A stretch of 64,000 nt of DNA. Origin: a virus. The stretch covers positions 1 through 64,000 of IMG/VR virus record IMGVR_UViG_3300045988_182393. One strand, given 5' to 3'. Below are positions 9,606-18,267 of this stretch, in pieces; the first letter of the stretch is position 1, and the number at the start of each line of letters is the position of its first letter. The notes beneath the pieces are model-generated. The model did not search any database, was not told the origin of the DNA, and saw only the letters and a list, made by a program, of their open reading frames with translations. The translations under genes were made by a program, and so were the position numbers.

Positions 9606-10700
9606 ATGAAAAAGGTTGTATCATTAGCACTTTCGACTTTGCTCGTCCTCTCGTTGGCTGCCTGTGGCAAGGCAGACAGTTCTGCTGCAGCCTCAAGTGA
9701 ATCCAAGTCAAGTGCTTCGTCGTCAAGTGCTTCGTCAAATAGCACTTCCAATAGCACGCAAGATTACAGCCCTGACGGGATTAAAGTAGGAGAGACATAT
9801 ACTACAGAAGACGGCAAAACATATGAAAGGGTGTGGAACGGCACAGGCAGCGATTTACCTACGCCGTCCCCCGAACCCAAAATTACATACGATAATGATT
9901 TCCAGGCACAAACACTTGTTGATAATGAAGAATGCACCATTATCTTGCAGAGCGTAGGCTACGATGATGATTACGGCTATTATTGGAAGCTTTACTTCAA
10001 GAATAAGACATCAGATAAAAAACTCGGTTACTCGTTTGGCGACTGCACATTGAATGGCGTGGGTGCGAGCCTTTGGCTTACGAGTGTTGAACCTGGTCAA
10101 GAGGAAACGGAGATTCATCATTGGGAAAGTTCCGGGCTTAAAATTTATAACATCAATCCGCAGGATATCAATACGGTAAGTTTTTATCTCGATGTCTATA
10201 ACGAATTAGATTATGATGTTATCCCACGGCATGACTTTGTTGATGACGATTTCGTGGTTTATCCAAAAGGGGAAGAAAACGCAACCGAGCCAAAGCATGA
10301 AACCCAACCCACAGACCTCGTACTGGCCGACAATGACGCTTGCACTCTGATGATTTGTGGATTTGACCCCGATGGCCTGGACGGTTACACGGCTAAAGCT
10401 TACATCGAAAACAAAACAGATAAAGAAATCATGCTTGCCTTTAGAAGTGGAGGTTCCATAAATGGCTTTGAGTGCTTCCCTGAAACAGATACAATGGGAA
10501 TTGATGCGCACACTAATGCCTATGTAGACATCTACTATCGCGATTATTTGGATACTTATGAGGCCAACGGTAAAGACCCCACCTCTATCACCGAAATGGT
10601 GATGCCAATCGTTATAAACAATTTCAATACTCGGGACATCTATGTAGATGAGACTTTCACTATTAACCCTCAGACAAATTCCGTGACAACATCGAAATAA
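9606..10700 (+). CDS. Secreted lipoprotein (paralog 1), Ser-rich linker + repeated beta-rich domains
   Basis: MKKVVSLALSTLLVLSLAAC lipobox. Shares blocks TIILQSVGYDDDYGYYWK, DDDFVVYPKGEE and DPTSITE-VMP with 10845-11867. Confidence 0.75.
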   Translation: MKKVVSLALSTLLVLSLAACGKADSSAAASSESKSSASSSSASSNSTSNSTQDYSPDGIKVGETYTTEDGKTYERVWNGTGSDLPTPSPEPKITYDNDFQAQTLVDNEECTIILQSVGYDDDYGYYWKLYFKNKTSDKKLGYSFGDCTLNGVGASLWLTSVEPGQEETEIHHWESSGLKIYNINPQDINTVSFYLDVYNELDYDVIPRHDFVDDDFVVYPKGEENATEPKHETQPTDLVLADNDACTLMICGFDPDGLDGYTAKAYIENKTDKEIMLAFRSGGSINGFECFPETDTMGIDAHTNAYVDIYYRDYLDTYEANGKDPTSITEMVMPIVINNFNTRDIYVDETFTINPQTNSVTTSK

Positions 10701-10796
10701 TTTGACGCCCTCCTGCGATTAAAATTATTAACTTTCCCGGGCTTCGTTTGCAACTTTGTAAGTAAAGGTTTCGTTCTGGAAAAGTAAAATGCCGAA

Positions 10797-10814
10797 GCGC
10801 TTTTGATGTATAAT
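10797..10814 (+). promoter_or_regulatory. Promoter of lipoprotein gene 2 (duplicated copy)
   Basis: gcgc ttttgatg tataat. Flanks are about 85% identical to 9530-9640. Confidence 0.4.
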
Positions 10815-10844
10815 AGCCTTATACAAAGAAAAAAGGAGAAAATC

Positions 10845-11867
10845 ATGAAAAAGGTTGTATCATTAGCACTTTCGGCTTTGCTTGTACTTTCCCTGGCCGC
10901 CTGTAGCAGCTCTAACACTACCAGTACTGCTGCCAGCAGTGCAGCTACATCTGATGCTGCATCCTCCGAGGAAAGCACCAGCGACTCTTCAACGAGTACT
11001 GCAAGTAGTGCTGCCGATAGTACAACGGCTGAACCTGACATCCAGTTCGATGAGAGTTTCCAGCCACAGACGATTGCCGACAACGATACCTGTACCATCA
11101 TCTTGCAGAGCGTTGGCTATGATGATGACTACGGATACTACTGGAAGATTAACTTCCAGAACAAAACGGACGACAAGACTCTATGCGCTATCACAAGCAG
11201 TTCATCGCTGAACGGAATCCCAGCCGATACCAGCTGGTTCCCGGAAATCGGACCCGGAGAAGAGGTTACTGAAGTCGTTTCGTGGGACAGCGAAGGACTG
11301 GAAATCTATGGAGTGAAACCGCAAGACATCGATACCGTCAAACTTCACATCGATGTCTATGATGAAGCAGAATGGGATGTGTCGAATCGTGATGACCCTA
11401 TCGATGATGACTTTGTGATTTATCCGAAAGGTGAAGAGAAAGCGACAAAACCAAAACACGAGATTCAGCCCACGGATATTGTGCTGTTCGACAATAATGC
11501 CTGCAGCATGGTCGTTTGCGGATTTTATTCTGATAGTTTCATGGGCTATACGGCGAAAGCCTACTGTCAGAACAAGACGGATGACCGTATCGATATCATT
11601 TTGGACAAAGGCTCTATCAACGGCTTTGAATGTACCCCAGAAGGAGCGGCACTACTGGAACCACATTCTAATGCCTACGTGGATATCCGTTGGCAGGAAT
11701 ATGCCGGAACCTACGCAGAAAATGGCAATGACCCAACATCCATCACAGAAATTGTAATGCCAGTTTTTGTGAGAAAAGACACAGGGAGCAATACGGTATA
11801 CATTGACGCCACTTATTCTATTGACCCGCAGGCAAGAACAGCAACGCCGATAGTGAATCCCCAATGA
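10845..11867 (+). CDS. Secreted lipoprotein (paralog 2)
   Basis: MKKVVSLALSALLVLSLAAC lipobox. Tandem duplicate of 9606-10700 including the 5'UTR. Confidence 0.75.
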   Translation: MKKVVSLALSALLVLSLAACSSSNTTSTAASSAATSDAASSEESTSDSSTSTASSAADSTTAEPDIQFDESFQPQTIADNDTCTIILQSVGYDDDYGYYWKINFQNKTDDKTLCAITSSSSLNGIPADTSWFPEIGPGEEVTEVVSWDSEGLEIYGVKPQDIDTVKLHIDVYDEAEWDVSNRDDPIDDDFVIYPKGEEKATKPKHEIQPTDIVLFDNNACSMVVCGFYSDSFMGYTAKAYCQNKTDDRIDIILDKGSINGFECTPEGAALLEPHSNAYVDIRWQEYAGTYAENGNDPTSITEIVMPVFVRKDTGSNTVYIDATYSIDPQARTATPIVNPQ

Positions 11868-11994
11868 TAGCCGCATGATTTTCCGAAACCAAAAACTTCT
11901 GGAATAGCAGCAAAACTTTTCTGAGTTCAGAAAACTTTTGGCATTTTTGGAAAAAGTTTTCTGGAATGGGAAAACTCTCCGGCTTTTTGGAATG

Positions 11995-12038
11995 AAAAAA
12001 TAAAAGCGCTCACCATTTTTCGGTGGGCGCTTTTCTTC
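11995..12038. terminator. Bidirectional Rho-independent terminator between convergent genes
   Basis: A-run, gcgctcacc-atttttc-ggtgggcgc, T-run. Confidence 0.7.
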
Positions 12039-12066
12039 ATAAATCAGGGCAAGGAGACCCGCGACT

Positions 12067-13611
12067 TTAGTCGTGGGTTATTGACTCTTCAGTTTTCTTT
12101 TTCAGCCATTGTCTTCTCACAAACGGCGTGACATAAGTTTCATCACTCTTCAGCTCATAGCCATAGCTTTCAGCTATCAGGATGGCACGTTCGCTTGCTT
12201 TCTGTCCGGCAGGCAGGTGGCGAATGAAACCATTGATGTTTTTGGACGAAGCATCATATTTGGACTTGTCGAACACCCGCAGCGGCTCGTCGTCACCATT
12301 GCCTTTCTTGCGATAATCGCGGGGCTTTCCGCCAATCATCAGACAACGAATCCCAAATGGAACATCCGCGTGTGTCACAAACGAAGACCGGAACGACGCA
12401 TCAGTGGGCAGAACATCCGGCAAATCACAGGCGAGAGAAGTGTACAGCCAGAGAATCAGATTCGTGACGCTGTCAACCAGCTCTGGAAATTGAGCTCGGT
12501 CAGTCAAAATATAAAACCACTCGGTGCTTGTGTTATAGTATCCGGCCAGGTCACCGAACTTGGTTACGATTTTATACAGACATACAATCTCGTTGTCGCG
12601 GCAAGTCTCTTTCAGCTTAATTTCCTGTATCAGCTGGCAGGCATCAAACTGAAACAATGCACCGTTGGCGGGAAGAGTTCTGCGGCGATGGTGCAGCGTA
12701 TCTTTCAGAAACTCTGTCGTATATTTGGGTGAGATGGGCTTTGGCCACCAGGACCACATGTTCGGAGTATTCTCAATCAGCGGCTTGTCCGGCAACATGT
12801 CCACGGTATACTCGTTCACATAGGTGGCCATCGAAAGGACAGTGTTCGTATACAAATGCGAGAGCAAAGCGAGGTCGTTGATGCTATCGAAATCTGCAAC
12901 ATTCTCATAGCCATAACGCTTGTAGTACGAAAAGACCATATCCAAGCGTCTGTCTTCAGAAATCTGAGATTCACATTTGTCGTATGGCCGATTGTTGAAA
13001 AGAGCATCACTATAATAGACAGGAACATCGGCGAGGGGATAGGGGTCCCGGATGATGATTGGCTCGTTCTCAGTTGAGATACCGACAATGTTGTTCACAA
13101 TATCGAATTCCTGAGGCTTGAGGTATTCGCTCCCCTGCATCAGCATATCGATTACCGCGTACAGGACAGAATCATTACGTTCCACATTTCCGTCAATGGA
13201 TAATCCTGAATGAACACATTCCTGCGCATAAGCAATAGCCTTGAAATACAGAGCATAGTCCTTATTCTTCTTGATGGGCTTTGTGAGCCCCTGCAAAAAC
13301 TGATGATAGCCTTTAATGAACTTGTCGGGGTTTGCCATGGCAAGCTCTACCTGAGAGCTGACGGCCTCAATGATGGGTTTGCACTCCTCAGCTTCACGGA
13401 CCAGGTGAAAGAGGAAAGTAGATGCTTTCCCAAAATCCATGTCATGCAATGTCGTCGCAACCTGGCAAGCGCTGGACAGGGTTCTTCTCTGAAATACCCA
13501 GATAGACTCGCCCTTGCTCCGATATTTCTTATCCCATACCGGTGCGTATTTATCGACTAAGGTATTACCGAAATCTTCCTGCACTGCCAAAACACCATTT
13601 TCGTTCTGCAC
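12067..13611 (-). CDS. Hypothetical 514-aa protein, downstream partner of the ART-HD gene
   Basis: Long ORF on the minus strand, 10 nt downstream of the 13622-15019 gene. No recognisable motif. Confidence 0.55.
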   Translation of the reverse strand: MQNENGVLAVQEDFGNTLVDKYAPVWDKKYRSKGESIWVFQRRTLSSACQVATTLHDMDFGKASTFLFHLVREAEECKPIIEAVSSQVELAMANPDKFIKGYHQFLQGLTKPIKKNKDYALYFKAIAYAQECVHSGLSIDGNVERNDSVLYAVIDMLMQGSEYLKPQEFDIVNNIVGISTENEPIIIRDPYPLADVPVYYSDALFNNRPYDKCESQISEDRRLDMVFSYYKRYGYENVADFDSINDLALLSHLYTNTVLSMATYVNEYTVDMLPDKPLIENTPNMWSWWPKPISPKYTTEFLKDTLHHRRRTLPANGALFQFDACQLIQEIKLKETCRDNEIVCLYKIVTKFGDLAGYYNTSTEWFYILTDRAQFPELVDSVTNLILWLYTSLACDLPDVLPTDASFRSSFVTHADVPFGIRCLMIGGKPRDYRKKGNGDDEPLRVFDKSKYDASSKNINGFIRHLPAGQKASERAILIAESYGYELKSDETYVTPFVRRQWLKKKTEESITHD

Positions 13612-13621
13612 GGTATCCTCC

Positions 13622-15019
13622 TTACAACTTTAACTGCCCCACACAACTCTGCGCAGTGGGCAGTAGTTTGTGGGTTATCTCGTTGCGGAAATACTTAGGG
13701 TCCACGGCCCGCATCCCGAACCGCACACGGTCTAAAGCATCTGCATCCTTGAGAATCGTATATAGCAGCCACACCCGTTCTTTGTCCCGGATATTGGATG
13801 CTTTGAGGTCTGCAAGAGCCTTGCGGTCATCCAAGCAATGATACTCGATGAGGAAAGCAGTTGCCGGATTGCAGTCGGAGGCTGTGTCATAATAAATGTC
13901 CCTAGACTTTGCTCCGTGGCTGTCATCGACATCATCGTTTGTCCGCCCAATATCATGATAAAGAATCGCATCACATAGCTGGTGGGATTCTTTTTTTGTT
14001 AAGGCAATGCCCTGAACCTGAACCAAAAGCAGCGCATCAAAGAGAACTCGCAGCGTATGCTCGGCGTCGTGCTCCTCATCATTAGCCCGGCCATAAGCAT
14101 CATACAGAGAGGAAATGCGGCTCCGGTAGCGCTGGTAGAGAGGGTAGAACTCCTGAATTTCATCTGTCAGAGCGTTAATGCCGTACAGTGTATCGACCTT
14201 TCTATCTTTTACGGCAGCCGGTGGGACAAGGACCTCTTTTTCTTCATCATTCGGAAAATACTCGATGATGTCACATTTGCTGACATGGGCAGTGATGATT
14301 CTGCTGTTCTCGAGACTCGGGATGCGGCAGGCGAAGAAACAGGCTGCCTTGTAGCTTGTGGTCCAGGAGAAAGATTTCTCGTATGGAGTTGACTTACTCC
14401 CTTCCCCGCGATAGATGGTCACAACATCCGGCAGGCTAGACAGCTTCTTTTCAGTGTTCTGCTTTTGTTTCTGAGACTTTCCAGAAAAGACTTTCTGAAG
14501 GTTATCCTCTTTGAGAGCCGAGAACCCAAAATCACTGGTACGATAGAAGTCCAAAAAAAGTGCGTATAGATTCTCACCCGGACTGGACAACTCAATGTAT
14601 TTAGAAAGAACCGATACACGCAGGCTGTCTTCCAGGGAAAAGAGGTAGCCGCGAATGAAGGGGACGTTTCCCGATGAGATTTTCTCGGCCATATCCAGAA
14701 CTCTCTGCTGAAACTTTTCATCCGATTCGCCGTTCACAGCCAGACGCTTGTCGCCATAAATGTTTAGAGAAAGAACGATGGGAATGGCCGGATTATCGAG
14801 TTCGCAGTAATAGAGCGGGGCCAACATATTGCGAGCGGCATAAATCCTGGTGATGGGCAGTCTCGGATACTTCTTAGCGAATTCAGAGGCCGTTATACCG
14901 ATGCTGTAGCCTTCTTTGTAGTACCGTTCAATATCCGCGCTCGTCTGCACTGCAGTAAGGGGAAGCATCGTATCAAGACTTGCTTGGTTGATGCTTACAA
15001 GAATATCCCCGACCGTCAT
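13622..15019 (-). CDS. Putative ADP-ribosyltransferase (R-S-E-like) fused to a C-terminal HD-domain phosphohydrolase
   Basis: Middle: VTIYRGEG (aromatic-R), SFSWTTSY (STS-like), NDEEKEVLVPP (ExE ARTT-like). C-terminus: HDAEHTLRV...LYHDIGR...HG...LKDADALDR (HD motifs). Confidence 0.55.
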   Translation of the reverse strand: MTVGDILVSINQASLDTMLPLTAVQTSADIERYYKEGYSIGITASEFAKKYPRLPITRIYAARNMLAPLYYCELDNPAIPIVLSLNIYGDKRLAVNGESDEKFQQRVLDMAEKISSGNVPFIRGYLFSLEDSLRVSVLSKYIELSSPGENLYALFLDFYRTSDFGFSALKEDNLQKVFSGKSQKQKQNTEKKLSSLPDVVTIYRGEGSKSTPYEKSFSWTTSYKAACFFACRIPSLENSRIITAHVSKCDIIEYFPNDEEKEVLVPPAAVKDRKVDTLYGINALTDEIQEFYPLYQRYRSRISSLYDAYGRANDEEHDAEHTLRVLFDALLLVQVQGIALTKKESHQLCDAILYHDIGRTNDDVDDSHGAKSRDIYYDTASDCNPATAFLIEYHCLDDRKALADLKASNIRDKERVWLLYTILKDADALDRVRFGMRAVDPKYFRNEITHKLLPTAQSCVGQLKL

Positions 15020-15142
15020 TGTTTTTCTCCTCCCACAATTCTTTCTAACATAATTATATCATATTTTACAGATGGACGGGCCAAAATCGCAACTTTGTTC
15101 ATGAATACTTAACCTTTATGCACGAGATTTATTGTTGCCCTA

Positions 15143-15182
15143 ATATATAAAACTAGAGCCCCGTCATCTTGGATGGGGCTCT
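15143..15182 (-). terminator. Minus-strand hairpin terminator insulating the ART-HD cassette
   Basis: agagcccc...ggggctct stem, T-run on the minus strand (atatataaaac on +). Confidence 0.45.
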
Positions 15183-15487
15183 TGAGTTGTAGCTGGAGGT
15201 GTATCTCATTTTGTGCCAGGGGTATTGTATGGTAGTTTTCGAAAATGAGTACAAAAAAACAAACACCAGAAGTCAAACTCAAAAATATCTTAGTCTTGGC
15301 AAGTTTACCCTTGCGCCGCTGTGCGAACCTCATAAAATAGAAATTGTACAAGAGAAACGGCAAGTGACGTTCATCGCGATTGTAGTTGGTCGCCACGAAT
15401 CGATGCCGTGTCTGCTTGCGCATAATTACCTCTTTTCGAAGCCCACAGGTCATTCTCTCACCTGTGGGTTTTGCTTATTGCGGAATC

Positions 15488-15505
15488 GTGCGAATTGCAG
15501 ACAAT
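15488..15505 (+). promoter_or_regulatory. Conserved promoter box GTGCGAA-N5-GACAAT
   Basis: gtgcgaa ttgca gacaat upstream of the flotillin gene. Confidence 0.55.
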
Positions 15506-15598
15506 TAAAGACAGAGCGATTGTGAGATGGGGCGATACCGATGCAGTAGGGATGAGAATCTTAGCAGCTAAAAAATTGAATGTGGAGAAATAAAAATT

Positions 15599-17242
15599 AT
15601 GGTATACGTGATTGGAATTGTAGCAGCCCTGATTATTCTCTTTGGATTTCTCTGCTACAAGAAAGCTCCGCCCACGGAGGCTATCGTTGTAACTGGCTTT
15701 GGCCTGTCTAAGCCTAAAGTGGTTTGCGGAAAGGGTACATTTGTTCTGCCCGTTCTCCAACGGGCTGACCGACTGAATATGCGCCTTTTGAAAATCGATG
15801 TCAAGACTCCTGAAACAGGTGTTAAGACGAAGAACGGCGTAAGTCTCTGGATTGACTCTGTTGTCACGATTCAAGTCTACAGCGAAAACTCTACCGTTCT
15901 GGATGAAGAAGTGAAGGCATCCGGTCTGAAAGACGCCAAGGCGTACATCATGTCCCGACAACAGGCAGCCATCTCGAACTTTCTGGGCATGAACGAGCAG
16001 GGCATCAATGAGAAAGTTAATGACGTTCTGCAGGGCAATTTGCGTGAGATTGTCTCTGACATGACCGTTGACCAAATTCTGACGAACCGCAAGCAGATGG
16101 CTGTGAGCGTTATCGAGAATGCTCGCCCCGACCTTGCTAAGATGGGACTTGAGGTCGTGACTTTTAACGTCCAGGATATCAGGGATGCGGTGGATGTTCA
16201 GGGCCACAACCACGGCGTCATCGAGGCTATCGGCATTGAACAGGAAGAGCTTGTGAAAAAACAGGCTGAAATTGCCCGTGCTCAGGCTGCCCGTGATGTA
16301 GCCTGCGCGAAGGCCGATGCTGAGATGGCTGCAAATGCCAAGGAAGTTGAAGCGCAGACTGTGATTGCAAAACGCAACAATGAATTGCAGCTCGCCAAGG
16401 CAAAGCTGAAAGCTGAAGCTGATAAAGCTGCGGCTGACGCAGATGCTGCCGGTCAGATTCAGATGAATCTCCGCGCCAAAGAAATCAAAGAAGCGGAAGC
16501 GGATGCTGAAATCGCCAAGCAGAAGAAAATGGTAGACCTTGCCGCACAGGAAGCCGAGGTCCAGCAACGCAAACTGGATGCGGAAGTCCGCAAACAGGCA
16601 GATGCTGACCTGTACCGCCGCCAGAAAGAGGCAGAAGCCAAGAAATATGAGGCGGAACGTGCAGCTGAGGCACAGAAGTTCTCCAAGCAGCAGGAAGCAG
16701 AAGGCATTGAACTTGTCGGTAAGGCAGAAGCTGAAGCGATTCGTCAGAAAGGCTTGGCTGAAGCGGAAGCCATGAAACAGAAAGCAGAGGCATATAAGCA
16801 GTATAACGATGCGGCTGTGGCTGAAATGCTCATCAAGGTTCTTCCTGACATTGCCAAGAGCGTGGCTCAGCCTTTGTCCAGCATTGATAAGGTTTCTATC
16901 ATTGGCGGTGACGCCTCCGGCGTATCCGGCGTTTCCGGGAACGTTCCTATCCTGATGGCTCAAACCATGCAGACGGTGAAAGAAGCGACCGGCATTGACA
17001 TGGGCGAAATTGTCCGTGCCAACAGCATCCAGGCAAAGACCGACCGCAACATCAACATTATGACTCAATGTGAACAGCCTGAGAATAACAAAGAGAAAGG
17101 AGGTGCCAAGGCAATGGAACGCGTAGAAGGCGGCTATCTGATTCATGAGAAGAGTCTCAACGGTGAGAAAGTCACTCATTTTCGACCGGATGTGACCGAA
17201 GAAGAGAAGGCTATCATGAAAGACAAAAAGGCCAAAGATTAA
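15599..17242 (+). CDS. Flotillin / SPFH (band-7) family membrane protein
   Basis: N-terminal TM, SPFH-like core, then a long E/A/K-rich coiled coil (AEAEA repeats) typical of FloT/YuaG. Confidence 0.85.
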   Translation: MVYVIGIVAALIILFGFLCYKKAPPTEAIVVTGFGLSKPKVVCGKGTFVLPVLQRADRLNMRLLKIDVKTPETGVKTKNGVSLWIDSVVTIQVYSENSTVLDEEVKASGLKDAKAYIMSRQQAAISNFLGMNEQGINEKVNDVLQGNLREIVSDMTVDQILTNRKQMAVSVIENARPDLAKMGLEVVTFNVQDIRDAVDVQGHNHGVIEAIGIEQEELVKKQAEIARAQAARDVACAKADAEMAANAKEVEAQTVIAKRNNELQLAKAKLKAEADKAAADADAAGQIQMNLRAKEIKEAEADAEIAKQKKMVDLAAQEAEVQQRKLDAEVRKQADADLYRRQKEAEAKKYEAERAAEAQKFSKQQEAEGIELVGKAEAEAIRQKGLAEAEAMKQKAEAYKQYNDAAVAEMLIKVLPDIAKSVAQPLSSIDKVSIIGGDASGVSGVSGNVPILMAQTMQTVKEATGIDMGEIVRANSIQAKTDRNINIMTQCEQPENNKEKGGAKAMERVEGGYLIHEKSLNGEKVTHFRPDVTEEEKAIMKDKKAKD

Positions 17243-17260
17243 AGACAACGAATAAAAAGA

Positions 17261-17291
17261 GGGTGACTCGAAAGAGCCATCCTTTTTTCTG
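17261..17291 (+). terminator. Rho-independent terminator (GAAA-loop hairpin + U6)
   Basis: gggtgactc-gaaa-gagccatcc tttttt. Confidence 0.5.
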
Positions 17292-17374
17292 TTGTGACGC
17301 AAACGAAAAGTTCATGGTAGCCATCCAATTAGGGTGACTGTCTTTTTTGCATGTTAAGGCTTTGTTGCTGAATC

Positions 17375-17392
17375 GTGCGAATCGAAGATAAT
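17375..17392 (+). promoter_or_regulatory. Conserved promoter box GTGCGAA-N5-GATAAT
   Basis: gtgcgaa tcgaa gataat upstream of 17463. Confidence 0.5.
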
Positions 17393-17462
17393 TAGAAGCA
17401 AAAGATACTTCGTATCAAGCCCTCTTGATAGCAAATAGAGTAAAACCGGAGAGGTGAAGTTA

Positions 17463-18266
17463 ATGCTCGGCGTGAGTTTGATTATCATAGCAGCGGCTAT
17501 AGTCTACATGGTCGAAACCTATATCAGCACCTATTACACTATCGAATACATGCACGGAACATCGCTGTTCATTATCCTCCTTGCGAAATATGGCACGCCA
17601 GTCCTGTTCCTGCTGCTCTGCGCCTACATTGCATATCGCAATTTTCTCAAAAAGCAGAAAGCTGCGGCTTCTGCTGCATCTGAACGGCCTACAAGCAAAG
17701 AAGAGCTGTATACCAACAAAATTCAAACGGCAGTAAAGACAAAAAGCGTCTTCTCAGAGCAGGCTGACCAAATGCTGTATCAGGTACGGCGCTTCGGGCA
17801 AAAAATGGCCGTTGCCTACAGCATGACCCAGGATAGCAAGACATCCGGGGAACAAGTCAAGTGCCTAACGTTATTGGAATCCGCAGAACGTATCTTCTAT
17901 GACCGACTGGATGACGCGATTCGCTCGGCTTCAATGTTTGATGAAACGGAATACAAGGCTTTCTGTCAAGGCTCTATCTCGTTTGGAAACAAAGAAGAAG
18001 TGCAGAAAAAGAAAGAAATCTACAATGGTATCGTAAGTACCGTGGATAAGGTAGTTCATGACAATGAGCGCTTAATCCTCCGATTGGATTCTTTAGCATA
18101 CGCTCTGAACCAACGTTCTGCCCAGAATCCGTGGGATACAGAGGTTGTGCTCGCAATGTCAAAGCTCGATGCTGTCATTAACAAGACGACGCAGGATATT
18201 GAACAGGATGAAGATATCAGTCGTGAGGCTATGAAACGATATAACAACTTGAAAGGAGAAATTTAA
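17463..18266 (+). CDS. Membrane protein of the flotillin operon (2 TM + cytoplasmic coiled-coil domain)
   Basis: RBS ggagagg. TM helices LGVSLIIIAAAIVY and LFIILLAKYGTPVLFLLLCAYIAY. Confidence 0.6.
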   Translation: MLGVSLIIIAAAIVYMVETYISTYYTIEYMHGTSLFIILLAKYGTPVLFLLLCAYIAYRNFLKKQKAAASAASERPTSKEELYTNKIQTAVKTKSVFSEQADQMLYQVRRFGQKMAVAYSMTQDSKTSGEQVKCLTLLESAERIFYDRLDDAIRSASMFDETEYKAFCQGSISFGNKEEVQKKKEIYNGIVSTVDKVVHDNERLILRLDSLAYALNQRSAQNPWDTEVVLAMSKLDAVINKTTQDIEQDEDISREAMKRYNNLKGEI

Positions 18267-18267
18267 C

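Noticed and set aside
15458-17302. 614-aa minus-strand ORF opposite the flotillin gene
   Set aside because: Low-complexity translation antisense to a clear SPFH/coiled-coil gene. A GC-rich codon-position artefact.
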